A DNA stretch of 64,000 nt from an uncultured Planctomycetales bacterium. GTDB lineage: Bacteria; Planctomycetota; PLA2; JAEUHO01. Below, one piece after another: positions 47,212 through 57,726 of this stretch. The stretch covers positions 29,544 to 93,543 of the forward strand of contig CAZPGF010000001.1 of assembly GCA_964586025.1 (NCBI GenBank). Direction: 5' to 3'. How positions within the stretch are numbered: the first letter of the stretch is position 1; every line of letters begins with the position of its first letter. The translations under genes were made by a program, and so were the position numbers. The notes beneath the pieces are model-generated. The model had not been told where the DNA came from. It saw nothing but the letters and a program-made list of their open reading frames with translations, and made no database searches.

Positions 47212-49050
47212 TCAACGCGCCGGAGACGCGGACGGGCGCGCATCGACCAGGCGCAGTTCGGCGGAAAGGGTGCCGCGGAACGAGTTGAGGACCGGTGTGA
47301 CCGCGAGATCGAGCGGCGCGCCCGAGCCGACGAGATCAAACAGGTCGTAACGCCCCCAGCCGATCACGCGCAGGGGGCGATCGGCCGCGCGGATCAGGAA
47401 CGAGAGGTGACGCCCGGTCTGTCCGAGCAACTTCGGCGCCCCGGCGACCGACGTGCGCGGGAACAGGAAGACGGGCTCGGGATTTCCCGGACCGAACGGC
47501 TCCATCCGGCGCATCGCCTTCACCGCGTCGATGGTCCACTCCTCGGGTTTGGACTCGGCGTCGATGAGCAACGGCCCGACGACGGCCCCCGCCTCGCGCT
47601 GCGCGGCGACCGCCGCGCAGAACGACTCGCGCAGCAGCGAGACGCGTTCGGGGCGGACCTCGAAGCCGGCGGCCATCGCGTGGCCGCCGAAACGGTCGAG
47701 CCCGCTCGCGCATGACTCGAGCGCCGCGTGCAGATCGATGCCGCGAGGCGTGCGACCGGAGCCGCGACCGCGGCCGTCATCGAGGGCGACGACGAGAGCC
47801 GGGCGCTGGAACCGATCGACGAGGCGCGCGGCGACGATCCCGATGACGCCCGCGTGCCACCCCTCGCCGGCGACGACGAGTCCGGCCGGATCGCGGTCGC
47901 GCAGCGCGACTTCGGCCTGGGCCAGCGCCTCGGCGAGGACGCGCGACTCGATCTCGCGTCGTTCGCGATTCGCGGCGTCGAGATCGCGGGCGAGTTCACG
48001 GGCGCGCGGCGGGTCGTCGCAAGTCAGGAGTTCGACGACCAGTTCGGGACGCGACAGGCGACCCGCCGCATTCAGACGGGGGGCGAGGCGAAAGGAGACG
48101 TCTTCCGTCGTCAGCGCATTCGCGCCCACTTCGGCGACCTCGCGCAGGGCGGCGAGGCCCGCATGTTCGGTCGCACGGAGCGAGGCCAGCCCGGCCGAGA
48201 CGAGGATGCGGTTCTCGTCTCCCAGCGGCATCTGGTCGGCGATCGTTGCAAGTGCGACGAGGGCCATCGCATCGAGCAAGAACTGCTTGAAGCGACGTCC
48301 GCCCTCGGTGCCGAGGCGTGCGCGACAGCGATCGGCGATCGCCCACGCGAGTTTGAACGCGAGGGCACATCCGCAGAGGTGCGTCGCATCGTCCGGTCCG
48401 CCCGGCGTGAGATGGGGATCGACGATCGCATAGGCCGGTGGCAACGTCGGTCCGGGAAGATGGTGATCGGTGACGATCGCGTCGATTCCGGCGGCCCGGG
48501 CCCGCTCCAGGGCGTCGTGGGCGCGCACGCCGTTGTCGACGGTGATCGCGACGCGTATGCCGGAGGCCGCGAGCCGATCGACCATGGCGATCGACAGGCC
48601 GTACCCGTCCTCGTGTCGGTCGGGGATCGCCCAGAGCGCGTCCACGCCGAGCAGGCGGAAGAACCGCACGAGCAACGCGGTACCGCTCATCCCGTCCACG
48701 TCGTAGTCGCCGCAGACGGCGATCCGCTCGCCCGAGACGATCGCCGCCGCGACGCGCTGCGCCGCGCGATCGATCGCGGGCAGGCCCCGGGGGGGACGAA
48801 GGTGCTCGAGCCGAGGATCGAGGAAGCGTCGTGCGGCGTTCTCGTCGGCATGACCGCGCTGCACGAGGAGTCTTCCGACGGCGACGGGCACGCCGAGTCG
48901 TCGCGCAAACGACACGAGTGCGTCGTCGTCGGGAACCGGCGCGCTGTCCACGAACCGCCAGGCCCGCGCGTCCCGACGAGGTGCGCGCACCGCGGTGTCG
49001 GCGCTCGGGTCGTCGTCCCGCCGGTCGCGCAACGGAAGCAGGTCGATCAC
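47212..49050 (-). CDS. recJ: single-stranded-DNA-specific exonuclease RecJ
   Basis: DHH motifs (CGDYDVDGMSG, ITVDNG, IVTDHH) and DHHA1 GGHAMAAG. Start approximate (GTG 49050). Confidence 0.8.
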   Translation of the reverse strand: MIDLLPLRDRRDDDPSADTAVRAPRRDARAWRFVDSAPVPDDDALVSFARRLGVPVAVGRLLVQRGHADENAARRFLDPRLEHLRPPRGLPAIDRAAQRVAAAIVSGERIAVCGDYDVDGMSGTALLVRFFRLLGVDALWAIPDRHEDGYGLSIAMVDRLAASGIRVAITVDNGVRAHDALERARAAGIDAIVTDHHLPGPTLPPAYAIVDPHLTPGGPDDATHLCGCALAFKLAWAIADRCRARLGTEGGRRFKQFLLDAMALVALATIADQMPLGDENRILVSAGLASLRATEHAGLAALREVAEVGANALTTEDVSFRLAPRLNAAGRLSRPELVVELLTCDDPPRARELARDLDAANRERREIESRVLAEALAQAEVALRDRDPAGLVVAGEGWHAGVIGIVAARLVDRFQRPALVVALDDGRGRGSGRTPRGIDLHAALESCASGLDRFGGHAMAAGFEVRPERVSLLRESFCAAVAAQREAGAVVGPLLIDAESKPEEWTIDAVKAMRRMEPFGPGNPEPVFLFPRTSVAGAPKLLGQTGRHLSFLIRAADRPLRVIGWGRYDLFDLVGSGAPLDLAVTPVLNSFRGTLSAELRLVDARPSASPAR

Positions 49051-49172
49051 GACGCGGGCTCCCTCCCCGGAGCGATTCCCGGCGCGTGTCCGCCGGATCG
49101 CCGCGAGCGTACGACCCTCCTCCGACACCGGAGGGAGTAGAAGGTGGAGGTGGCCGCCCCCGGAGTCTCCGC

Positions 49173-51116
49173 ATGACCACCGCCCGCGATGTACGCCGCG
49201 TGATCCTGGGCACGGCGGGTCACATCGACCACGGCAAGACGACCCTCGTCGAGAGGCTGACCGGAACACCGGGGGACCGCCTGCCCGAGGAGCGGGCGCG
49301 CGGCATGACGATCGATCTCGGCTATGCGGCGTTCCCGCTGGACGACGGGACCGAGATCGGCGTGCTCGACGTGCCGGGACACGAGCACTTCGTCCACACG
49401 ATGGTCGCGGGCGCCGCGGTGATGGATCTCGCCCTGCTCGTCGTCGCCGCCGACGACGGACCGATGCCCCAGACCCTCGAGCATGTCGAGATCCTGGATC
49501 TTCTCGGTGTGACCAGGCTCGTCGTCGCGCTGACGAAGATCGACCTCGTCGGCGCCGAGCGCGTCGCGGAGGTCGTCGCTGCCGTGCGCTCCCTGATCGA
49601 CACGACCGGGATGCGCGGCGCACCGATCGTGCCGGTCTCCGCGACGACCGGCGAGGGGATGGATGCCCTGCGGAGCGCGCTGCGCGCGGCGCTGCCGGAC
49701 GCCGCGGCGCGGGACGACGACGGCCGCGTCTTCCGGATGCCCTTGCTGCGCGCCTTCCACGTCGAGGGACGCGGCGTCGTCGTCACGGGCGTACCGGTCA
49801 GCGGCCGGATCCGCGTCGGCGATCGGGTCGAGGTCCTGCCCTCCGGCCTCGTGGCCCGCGTGCGGGCGATCCGCATCCACGGCTCGGACGCGGGGGAGGC
49901 GCGCGTCGGCCAGCGGACCGCGCTCGCGTTGAGCGACGTGGAGGTAGGCGACCTGAAGCGGGGGATGGTCGTCGCCGAGGCCGGACGGTTGCGCCCGGCC
50001 GCGCGGCTGATCGCGTCGGCGCGGGTACTCGCGACCGCGCGGCGCGGACTTCGACATCGCGACCGCGTGCGCCTCCACATCGGTGCCTCGCGCCTCGTCG
50101 CGCAGGTCCACCTCCCGGCACGCCATCCGCTCGAGCCCGGTTCGAGCGGGGTCGTCGAACTCGTCCCGGAAGGGCCGACGATCGCGCTGCCGGGCGATCG
50201 CTTCGTGCTCCGGGCGGAGAACGCCTCCGCGACGCTCGGCGGCGGCGTGGTGATCGATCTCTCGGAACGCGCCCTTCCCGCGCGGCGCGACGCGCTGCTC
50301 GAGCGACTGGCCGCCCGCGAGGTCGTGCCGCCGCGGTGCGAGCCGATCCTGCTCGGCGCCCTCGACGCGATCGGCGAGGAGGGGGGGGATCTCGACCTGC
50401 TCGTCGCGCGCACCGGGTTTCGACCGGACGTCGTGCGCGAGGCGGCGGCGTCCCTGGTCGCACGCGGCGCGTTGCGGTCGCTCGGGCGCGGGGATCGTTG
50501 GTGCGACGCCGGCTCGTTCGCCCGCGTCGTCGATCGGGTCGAAGAGGCTCTCCGTCGCCTGCACGCGCGCGACGACGCGATCGCGGCGTGGCCGCTCATG
50601 ACCCTTCGCGCCGCGCAACCGCGACTCGACGCGGATGGGTTCGACGCGGCGCTTGCGGACCTGGTCGCTCGCGGGCGGATCGTACGCACGGCGGAAGGGG
50701 ATCTCCATCACGTCGAGCACGTGGTCGAACTGCCCGCGCGCGAGAGGGCCCTGTGCGACGCCGTCTCCGCGCTGCTCGCGCGCGGCGCGGGCCGCCCTCC
50801 CGACGAGGACGAACTGTCCGGCGCGACGGGCGCGAGCCGCCCCGACGTCGAGCGGGCGTTGCGCCTGCTCGCGTCGCGACGACGCGCGTGGCGAACGGCG
50901 GAGCACTGGTTCGACGCGGACTGGGTGGAGACGGCGAAGGAGCGCCTCGCGGCGTTCGCCGCCGAGCACGGCGGATTCACGCCGGCGGACGCACGGACGC
51001 TGCTGGACACGACCCGCAAGTGGCTGATCCCGCTGCTCGAAGCCCTCGACAAGTCCGGCTGGTCGCGGCGACAGGGAGAGCGCCGGGTCGTGCGCGCCAA
51101 CGGTCCGGTGGCGTGA
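49173..51116 (+). CDS. selB: selenocysteine-specific elongation factor SelB
   Basis: GTPase G1 [10 protein letters not shown] and DVPGHEHF motifs, then a long winged-helix C-terminal extension typical of bacterial SelB. Confidence 0.8.
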   Translation: MTTARDVRRVILGTAGHIDHGKTTLVERLTGTPGDRLPEERARGMTIDLGYAAFPLDDGTEIGVLDVPGHEHFVHTMVAGAAVMDLALLVVAADDGPMPQTLEHVEILDLLGVTRLVVALTKIDLVGAERVAEVVAAVRSLIDTTGMRGAPIVPVSATTGEGMDALRSALRAALPDAAARDDDGRVFRMPLLRAFHVEGRGVVVTGVPVSGRIRVGDRVEVLPSGLVARVRAIRIHGSDAGEARVGQRTALALSDVEVGDLKRGMVVAEAGRLRPAARLIASARVLATARRGLRHRDRVRLHIGASRLVAQVHLPARHPLEPGSSGVVELVPEGPTIALPGDRFVLRAENASATLGGGVVIDLSERALPARRDALLERLAAREVVPPRCEPILLGALDAIGEEGGDLDLLVARTGFRPDVVREAAASLVARGALRSLGRGDRWCDAGSFARVVDRVEEALRRLHARDDAIAAWPLMTLRAAQPRLDADGFDAALADLVARGRIVRTAEGDLHHVEHVVELPARERALCDAVSALLARGAGRPPDEDELSGATGASRPDVERALRLLASRRRAWRTAEHWFDADWVETAKERLAAFAAEHGGFTPADARTLLDTTRKWLIPLLEALDKSGWSRRQGERRVVRANGPVA

Positions 51117-51184
51117 CGGCGGGTTCGCCGTCGCGGCGGTCGGATCGCCTCGACGATCGGACCCCGCGCGTAGCATGGTCCGCC

Positions 51185-52804
51185 ATGCCCTCCTCGACCG
51201 GAATCGCGGCCCTCGTTGCCCTGCTCGTGGCGTTCGGTTCGCCCCTTTTCGACGCCGGTCCGGTGGGGGCCGATGAGCCCGTTCCGGAGGGAGCGCCGGA
51301 GGGAGAACCGGTTCCTGGCGACGAGCCGAGCGCGGACGAACCCGCGCCCGAGGAACCTCCCGACGACGACCTGCCGGACGACCTGCCGCCCTTGCCCGCG
51401 CCGCCATCCGCGCCTCCTTCGCCGAGCGATCCCCCCGCGTCCGCCGCGGAGGAGCCGCGGGACGTCGCGCCGCCCCTCGCCGAGGACGTCGTCGTGCTGA
51501 CGAACGGTAGCGAGTGGCGCGGGCGGATCTGTCGCGAGACCGAGCGCGAGATCGAGATCGAAGCGGTCGGCCGCTCCGGCTCCGTGCAGCGCGTCTCGCT
51601 GCCGCGCGCGCGGATCGCGGAGGTCCGACGCGCCCCTCGCGACGGTGCCGAGCCCGTCCTCGGTGCGCGCGAGGAGTCCGAGGAGTGGTTCCTGCTGCAC
51701 GCCGAGGGACGCATCGTCGGCTGGCGTCGCGTGAGCGTGACGCGCGTGCGCTCGAGCCAGTTCAGCGGATGGCGACTCGAAGAGGAGATCCTCGAGTTCG
51801 CGCAGGGCCGGCACCTTCCGGAGACGCGAACGCGGCGTCTCGAGGTCATCGACGACGAGTTCGTGCCGCGCCTCATCGAGTACCGGGAGGCGAGCGAGGC
51901 GGAGGGAAGCCGCGGGTACGAGCGTCTCGTCAGCGGCGAGGTCGAGAACGGCGTCTGGCGACTGGTCGCCACCGGCGACGGCGAGACCCGCCGTCGGAAC
52001 GTGGACATCCCCCCGGGGGCGCGCGGCGCGCTGGCGTGGCGCGAGTGGATGCGCCGTGCGACGCCGCGCGCGATCGGGCTCTTCGACGCGCACCTCGTCG
52101 ATCCGGCCGCCGAGGGACTGACGCCGCTCCAGATCGGCTTCGTGTCGGCGGGCTCGACGGCGGAGTGGCATCGCGTCGTCGGCGGACGCCGGCTGGTCGG
52201 TCGGTTCGACGCGAAGGGCGAAGCGCCCTACGAGGAGATCGCCGAAGGGCTGATCGCGCGGCCGTCGACCTCACGTCGCTGTCTCGCTGCCGAAGCCGGC
52301 GAGACGATCGGCGCCGAGGAGCGTGCGGAGGTGGCCGCCGACCCGACACGCATCGTCCACGTCGCGGAGATCGGACTCGCGTTCGATCGACCCACCGAGT
52401 CATGGTCCTGGAAGGCGGACCTCGTGGACGCCAGCCGTACCGGGTGGCGCCGGATCGGCCTCCTCACCGAGAAGCGCCGCCTGATCGACGTGCGCGTCGA
52501 GTGGCACCCCGAAGGAGAGGGCGCTCCCGTTGAGGTGGCCGATCGCGCCGCCTGGCTCGTCACGCGTCTGCGGACACGCTGCCCCGATCTGGTCGAGTTG
52601 CCCGCCGGGCCCCCCCCGGTGATCCCCGGCGCGCAGCGGCTCGACTTCGTCGGCACGCTCCACGGCGAGCGATTGAGGACGATCGTGGTCTGGATCGCAC
52701 GTCCACGTGGGTTGATCGTGCTGATCGGCGCCGGCCCCGAGCGGTCCTGGGCGGAGGACAGCGCCGAATTGGAGCGCTTCCTTCAATCGGTGCGGCTGCT
52801 TTGA
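51185..52804 (+). CDS. secreted hypothetical protein with acidic Pro/Glu-rich linker
   Basis: MPSSTGIAALVALLVAFGSPLFDAG signal, then an acidic PEGAPEGEPVPGDEPSADEP low-complexity stretch and a 400-aa globular region. Confidence 0.5.
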   Translation: MPSSTGIAALVALLVAFGSPLFDAGPVGADEPVPEGAPEGEPVPGDEPSADEPAPEEPPDDDLPDDLPPLPAPPSAPPSPSDPPASAAEEPRDVAPPLAEDVVVLTNGSEWRGRICRETEREIEIEAVGRSGSVQRVSLPRARIAEVRRAPRDGAEPVLGAREESEEWFLLHAEGRIVGWRRVSVTRVRSSQFSGWRLEEEILEFAQGRHLPETRTRRLEVIDDEFVPRLIEYREASEAEGSRGYERLVSGEVENGVWRLVATGDGETRRRNVDIPPGARGALAWREWMRRATPRAIGLFDAHLVDPAAEGLTPLQIGFVSAGSTAEWHRVVGGRRLVGRFDAKGEAPYEEIAEGLIARPSTSRRCLAAEAGETIGAEERAEVAADPTRIVHVAEIGLAFDRPTESWSWKADLVDASRTGWRRIGLLTEKRRLIDVRVEWHPEGEGAPVEVADRAAWLVTRLRTRCPDLVELPAGPPPVIPGAQRLDFVGTLHGERLRTIVVWIARPRGLIVLIGAGPERSWAEDSAELERFLQSVRLL

Positions 52805-52880
52805 GCGACCGCTGCGGTAGGCTCGATTCGTCGCCGTGGGGGGGCCACGCGACGGGGGCCCGGCGGGCAAACGGAGCGTC

Positions 52881-54179
52881 GTGTCGAACAGTCAGGACGT
52901 CGATCTCGCCAAGCGACTGATGAAGGCCGGGCTCGTGACCGCCGACTCGCTGCGCGAGGCGTTCGCCCTGCAGGCGCGCGTCCGCGAGGAACGCGGCGCG
53001 GCCCCGGCGCTCCATCGCGTCATCTACCACCTCGGCCTGCTGCCCGCCGGAAGTCTCGACCTGGCGGTCGGCCCGGGACCCCTGGTGACCCAGCCGTTGC
53101 GCGGCTACCGCCTCGAACGAGTCATCGGGGAAGGCGGGACGAGCCTCGTCTACGGGGGCGTGTACCTCGAGAACCAAGCGCCGGTCGCGGTGAAGGTGCT
53201 CGACCCGGTCCTCTCGCTGAAGGAGGGTTGGGTCGAACGGTTCCGCCTCGAAGGGCGCATCCTCATCGAGGTCGAACATCCGAACATCGTGTTCGGCTAC
53301 GAGGTGGGGTCGGTCGACGGGTGGCACTTCGTCTCGATGGAGCGGATCGACGGCGTCACGGCCGAGGACGTCGTCAACCGACGCGGTCGGCTCGAGTCCG
53401 GCGAGGCGCTTTGGGTCGTCCTCCAGATGGCTCGGGCGCTCGGCGCGTTGCACGCGGCCGGTTACCTCCATCGCGACGTGAAGCCGAACAACGTGATGCT
53501 CCAGGCCAACGGTCGCGCGGTGATGATCGACATGGGCTTCACCCAGATCATCGATCCGACGGTCGGCGAGGAGACGCCGCTCTCGGCGGTCACGGTCGGA
53601 ACGGTGGAGTACCTCTCGCCCGAGCAGGCGCGAGGTCGTGCCGACCTCGATCCTCGCGCCGACATCTACAGCCTCGGCGTGTCGCTCTACCACCTGGTCG
53701 TCGGCGAGGTCCCGTTCCGCGGCGCGAGCCAGGAGGAAGTGCTCGCCATGCAGGTGCTCGGGTCGATCGACGTGCAGAAGCTGAAGCAGCGCCACATCAC
53801 GCCCGAGGTGCAGTTCTTCATCGCGAAGATGATGTCGAAGGATCGCGCGCGCCGCTACGAGACGATGGCCGAGGTCGTGCGCGAACTCGAGGGCTACGTC
53901 CCCGCCTCGGGGACGTCGATCGATCTCGGTCCCGAGCCCTCCGCCCCGGTCACCGCGCCGCCGCTCCACCCGGTCGCTCCGCCCATCGCCGGCCGCCCGA
54001 CGAAACTCGCCCCGACGCCTTCCCCGAAACCGGCCCCGACGTCCGCCCCCAAGCCCGCTCCGAAGTCCATGCCGAAGTCGACTCAACGCCCCTCCCCCAA
54101 GGCCTCGCCGACGCGCGGCGACGCGCCGGTTCCGCGCCGCCGCCGCGATGAGGGCGATCCGCCTCGCCGGCGCCGATGA
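52881..54179 (+). CDS. Ser/Thr protein kinase with Pro/Lys-rich C-terminal tail
   Basis: GEGGTSLVYGG, VAVK, HRDVKPNNVML, DMGF and YLSPEQ motifs. GTG 52881 chosen; the track ORF starts at 52836. Confidence 0.8.
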   Translation: MSNSQDVDLAKRLMKAGLVTADSLREAFALQARVREERGAAPALHRVIYHLGLLPAGSLDLAVGPGPLVTQPLRGYRLERVIGEGGTSLVYGGVYLENQAPVAVKVLDPVLSLKEGWVERFRLEGRILIEVEHPNIVFGYEVGSVDGWHFVSMERIDGVTAEDVVNRRGRLESGEALWVVLQMARALGALHAAGYLHRDVKPNNVMLQANGRAVMIDMGFTQIIDPTVGEETPLSAVTVGTVEYLSPEQARGRADLDPRADIYSLGVSLYHLVVGEVPFRGASQEEVLAMQVLGSIDVQKLKQRHITPEVQFFIAKMMSKDRARRYETMAEVVRELEGYVPASGTSIDLGPEPSAPVTAPPLHPVAPPIAGRPTKLAPTPSPKPAPTSAPKPAPKSMPKSTQRPSPKASPTRGDAPVPRRRRDEGDPPRRRR

Positions 54180-55141
54180 ACGTTCCCGCCGAGTCCGGCT
54201 CGAACGACTCGTCCGCGCCGTGGTACGCGGAGGGGCTGCGGTTCCGCTGCACCGCGTGCGGCGCGTGCTGCACGGGCGAGCCCGGACACGTCTGGGTGGA
54301 TGACGACGAGATCCGGCGCCTCGCGCGAGCGCGAGGGCTCTCCGCCCGCGCGTTCCGGGCGCGGTTCGTACGGCGCGTCGGCAAGCGTTGGTCGTTGAAG
54401 GAGAAGGAGAACGGGGACTGCGTGTTGCTCGAAGGCGGTCGTTGCACGGTGTACGAGCACAAGCCGACCCGATGCACGACGTTTCCGTTCTGGCCCCCGG
54501 TGCTCGCCTCGCCGTCCGCCTGGGAGGAGGCGGGCGAGCGATGCGAGGGGATCGGCCAGGGCGATCTCTACGATCGCGAGGCCATCGAGCAACTCGCCGC
54601 GGGCGATCCACGCCCGCTCGTGGAGCGGCATGCCCGCCCGCCCGATCGGCCGGTGCGGAGCCGACATGATGGGTCCGACGAGTCCGCGCGCGTTCCGGAC
54701 GACGCCGGCGACGACGTCGATTGGCCCGCCGCCTTCGCCGCGCTCGAACGGCTCTACGACGACCTCGATCGCGAGCTGCCGCGCACCGGAATGACCTGTG
54801 CCGCGAGTGGGCGCTGTTGCGACTTCGACGCGTACGGTCATCGGCTCTACGTGACGACGCTCGAGGCGATGTGGTTCTTCACCTGCCTCGACGGGCGTCG
54901 CAACGACGACGCCCGTGCTTGTCCGGCGTGGGGCGCCGATCGACTCTGTCACGAGCGACGCGGTCGCATGCTCGGTTGCCGGACCTACTTCTGCGGTCCC
55001 TACGTGGGCATGACGCCGGAGGACGTGCATCCGCGCTACCACGACCGCCTGAAGGCGCTGCACGATCGATTCGGCATCCCGTACGCCTACAGGGACGTCC
55101 GCGCCTGGGCCGCCGAGATGCGCCCGGCAGCGGGGGAGTGA
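54176..55141 (+). CDS. YkgJ-family (CxxCxxCC) putative Fe-S/zinc-cluster protein, duplicated module
   Basis: CTACGACCTGEPGHVWV...CTVYEHKPTRCTTFPFWP repeated as CAASGRCCDFDAYG...CRTYFCGP. ATG overlaps the kinase stop (ATGA). Confidence 0.6.
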   Translation: MNVPAESGSNDSSAPWYAEGLRFRCTACGACCTGEPGHVWVDDDEIRRLARARGLSARAFRARFVRRVGKRWSLKEKENGDCVLLEGGRCTVYEHKPTRCTTFPFWPPVLASPSAWEEAGERCEGIGQGDLYDREAIEQLAAGDPRPLVERHARPPDRPVRSRHDGSDESARVPDDAGDDVDWPAAFAALERLYDDLDRELPRTGMTCAASGRCCDFDAYGHRLYVTTLEAMWFFTCLDGRRNDDARACPAWGADRLCHERRGRMLGCRTYFCGPYVGMTPEDVHPRYHDRLKALHDRFGIPYAYRDVRAWAAEMRPAAGE

Positions 55142-55299
55142 CGGCGAGTTCGGGAGCGGCGCGGCGCGCGGGTCGGCGCTCGGACCGTGCGGCACGGCGG
55201 CGATCGCCACCGCCTCCGGCGGGGAACTCCACGCAGGGGGCGGTGTCCAACCGGGGCGCCGGACGAACCGTCCCCGCCCGCCCGGCTCGGAGGCATCCC

Positions 55300-57579
55300 A
55301 TGTCGCTCCCTCGTTCCTTCGGTCAGCGCTTTGGACCCGCGCTCGTCGCGTTGCTCGCCGCGTTCGCGGCGGTCGCGTGGGCGGCGCCCGCCCGGGCGAA
55401 CGGCATCCTGACCGTCGATCGCACCGACGTCGTGACGCCGCCCACGGGCCGGCGGCCGACCCATCCGTGGCGCCACCCGTCGGTCACGCTCAAGGACCAC
55501 CGGGTGTCGGCCCGTCTGAAGGATCGCGTCGCGGAGGTCACCGTCGAGCAGGTGTTCCGCAATCACACCGATCGGCAGTTGGAAGGCACCTACCTGTTCC
55601 CGCTGCCCGACGGCGCGAGCGTCAGCCGTTGGGCCATGACGATGGGCGGCAAGATGGTCGAGGGCGAGATCCTCGAGGCCGCCAAGGCGCGCGCGATCTA
55701 CGAGAGCATCGTCCGCGCGCGGCGGGATCCCGGCTTGCTCGAGTACATGGGGCGCGGGCTCTTCCAGGCGCGTGTGTTTCCGATCGAGCCGCGCGCGGAT
55801 CTCACGATCCGCCTCACCTTTCAGCAACTCCTGCCCGAAGACGGCGGCACGATCGAGTTCCGCTACCCGCTGAGCACGGATCGGATGAACGCGACCCCGG
55901 TCGACGGCGTGACGATCGACGTGACGATCCAGAGCGACGTGGACATCAAGGCGATCTACAGCCCGTCGCACGCGGTGGACGTGACACGCCGAGGGGACCG
56001 CGAGGCGCGCGTCGGCTACGAGCGCCATGGGCAGCGCCAGGACAAGGACTTCGTGCTCTACGTCGGGCGCAGCGAGTCCGACGTCGGCTTCTCGATGCAG
56101 AGTCACAAGGCGCCCGGCGAGGACGGCACGTTCCTGATGGTCCTCGCGCCGCGGACCGAGGTGAAGGCCGAGGAGGTCGTCGCGCGCGACGTCGTCTTCG
56201 TGCTCGACACGAGCGGATCGATGGCCGGCCCGAAGATGCGGCAGGCGCAGGACGCCCTCACCTACGGCATCCGCACGCTGGGGCCGAAGGACCGGTTCAA
56301 CGTCATCGGCTTCGCGACGGGGCTCCGTCCGTTCCGCGACGCGCTGCACGATGCGACCGACGAGATGAAGGAGGCCGCCGTGCGCTGGGTCGGAGCGCTG
56401 GCGCCCGCCGGCGGGACGAACATCCACGATGCCCTGCTCGCCGCGCTGGCGATGCGCGGCGACGAGCGCCTGTTCGTCGTCGTGTTCGTCACCGACGGGC
56501 GCCCGACCGTCGAGGAGCGCGATCCGGACCGCATCGTCGAGAAGGTGAAGGCGGTCAACTCGAACAACACGCGGGTGTTCACATTCGGCGTGCTCGGCGA
56601 CGAGCGTGCGGACGTGGACGTGCGCCTGCTCGACCGCATCGCCGAGGTCACCCGCGCGTCCCGTGACTACGTCCACGTCGGCGAGGAGATCGAGGTCGTC
56701 ACGAGCCGCTTCTTCCGCAAGGTCCAGCAACCCGTCCTGACCGATGTCACCCTCGAACTCGGCGAGGGCGTGAAGGACGTGTTTCCGCGCACGCTGCCCG
56801 ATCTCTTCGCGGGTTCGCAGATCGATGTGATGGGGCGCTACGCGACCGGCGGCGAGCGGACCATCCGTCTGCGAGGCAAGGTCGGCACGCGGGAGGTCGT
56901 CCACGAGTTCCGAGCCAACTTCCGGCAGGCGGAGGACGCGGGGTACCTGCCGCGCCTCTGGGCACAGCGGAAGATCGGGTACCTGCTGGATCAGATCCGA
57001 TTGCACGGCGCGGCGAACGAACTCATCGACGAGATCGTCCGACTCGCGACGCGCTACGCGATCGTCACGCCCTACACGTCGGGGCTCGTCGTGGAGGAGG
57101 GCGAACTCGGACGGATGCCGGCCGCCCGTGGCGAGATGCTCCGCGATCTCGCCGAGCGGCGAGGCTTCGACACGGATCGCAGCGGCGGCGCCCCGGGTGC
57201 TCCCCCGAGCGCCGCGCGCGACGCGGCCGACAGCGCGGTGATCGAGAGCCTGAAGGGGGCCACCGCCGAGGACGCGCCGGCCGACGCGGGAGCGGCCTAC
57301 GGTCGGGGCCGACTCGATGCGGAGCGAGCGAAGGACATGCGCGAGGCGGCCGCGTCGGTGCGCCGCGTCGATGATCGCATCTTCCGCCGCGATGCGGAGA
57401 ATCGGTGGGTCGATGCCGCATGGCGTTCCGACGCCACGCCCACATCGATCGAAGCGTTCTCCGAAGCGTACTTCGAGCTTCTGACCCGTCATCCCGCGCT
57501 GGCGCGGGTGTTCGCGCTCGGCGACGCCGTGCGCTTCATGCTGGACGGTCGCGCCTACGAGATTCGCCCCGCCCCGTAG
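55300..57579 (+). CDS. secreted VIT-domain plus von Willebrand factor A domain protein
   Basis: Signal MSLPRSFGQRFGPALVALLAAFAAVAWAAPARA. VIT-like N-terminus, then vWA with MIDAS DTSGSM...GGTN...TDG. GGAGG RBS. Confidence 0.75.
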   Translation: MSLPRSFGQRFGPALVALLAAFAAVAWAAPARANGILTVDRTDVVTPPTGRRPTHPWRHPSVTLKDHRVSARLKDRVAEVTVEQVFRNHTDRQLEGTYLFPLPDGASVSRWAMTMGGKMVEGEILEAAKARAIYESIVRARRDPGLLEYMGRGLFQARVFPIEPRADLTIRLTFQQLLPEDGGTIEFRYPLSTDRMNATPVDGVTIDVTIQSDVDIKAIYSPSHAVDVTRRGDREARVGYERHGQRQDKDFVLYVGRSESDVGFSMQSHKAPGEDGTFLMVLAPRTEVKAEEVVARDVVFVLDTSGSMAGPKMRQAQDALTYGIRTLGPKDRFNVIGFATGLRPFRDALHDATDEMKEAAVRWVGALAPAGGTNIHDALLAALAMRGDERLFVVVFVTDGRPTVEERDPDRIVEKVKAVNSNNTRVFTFGVLGDERADVDVRLLDRIAEVTRASRDYVHVGEEIEVVTSRFFRKVQQPVLTDVTLELGEGVKDVFPRTLPDLFAGSQIDVMGRYATGGERTIRLRGKVGTREVVHEFRANFRQAEDAGYLPRLWAQRKIGYLLDQIRLHGAANELIDEIVRLATRYAIVTPYTSGLVVEEGELGRMPAARGEMLRDLAERRGFDTDRSGGAPGAPPSAARDAADSAVIESLKGATAEDAPADAGAAYGRGRLDAERAKDMREAAASVRRVDDRIFRRDAENRWVDAAWRSDATPTSIEAFSEAYFELLTRHPALARVFALGDAVRFMLDGRAYEIRPAP

Positions 57580-57726
57580 CGCGGTCGGCGGCGCGTGCTC
57601 TCCGGCGGATTCGCCGGAGCGCCCGCCGTCCCGTAGGCTGCGGATGCGATGCGAATCGACCGACCGCCGTCACGCCGCCGCCGGGGTCGACTCGTTCGAC
57701 TCCCGGGCCGCGGGTGGGTGTTCGGC

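Noticed and set aside
49173-52804. In-frame TGA selenoprotein candidate next to selB
   Set aside because: I could not identify two same-frame adjacent ORFs separated by a single TGA with a downstream hairpin by eye; left as an open question under findings.
57649-57726. Longer N-terminus for the HEAT-repeat protein starting at ATG 57649
   Set aside because: That extension is Arg-rich (MRIDRPPSRRRRGRLVRLPGRGW) and looks non-coding. The ATG at 57727 followed by the hydrophobic MVVVVLAAGSVGA was preferred, with low certainty.
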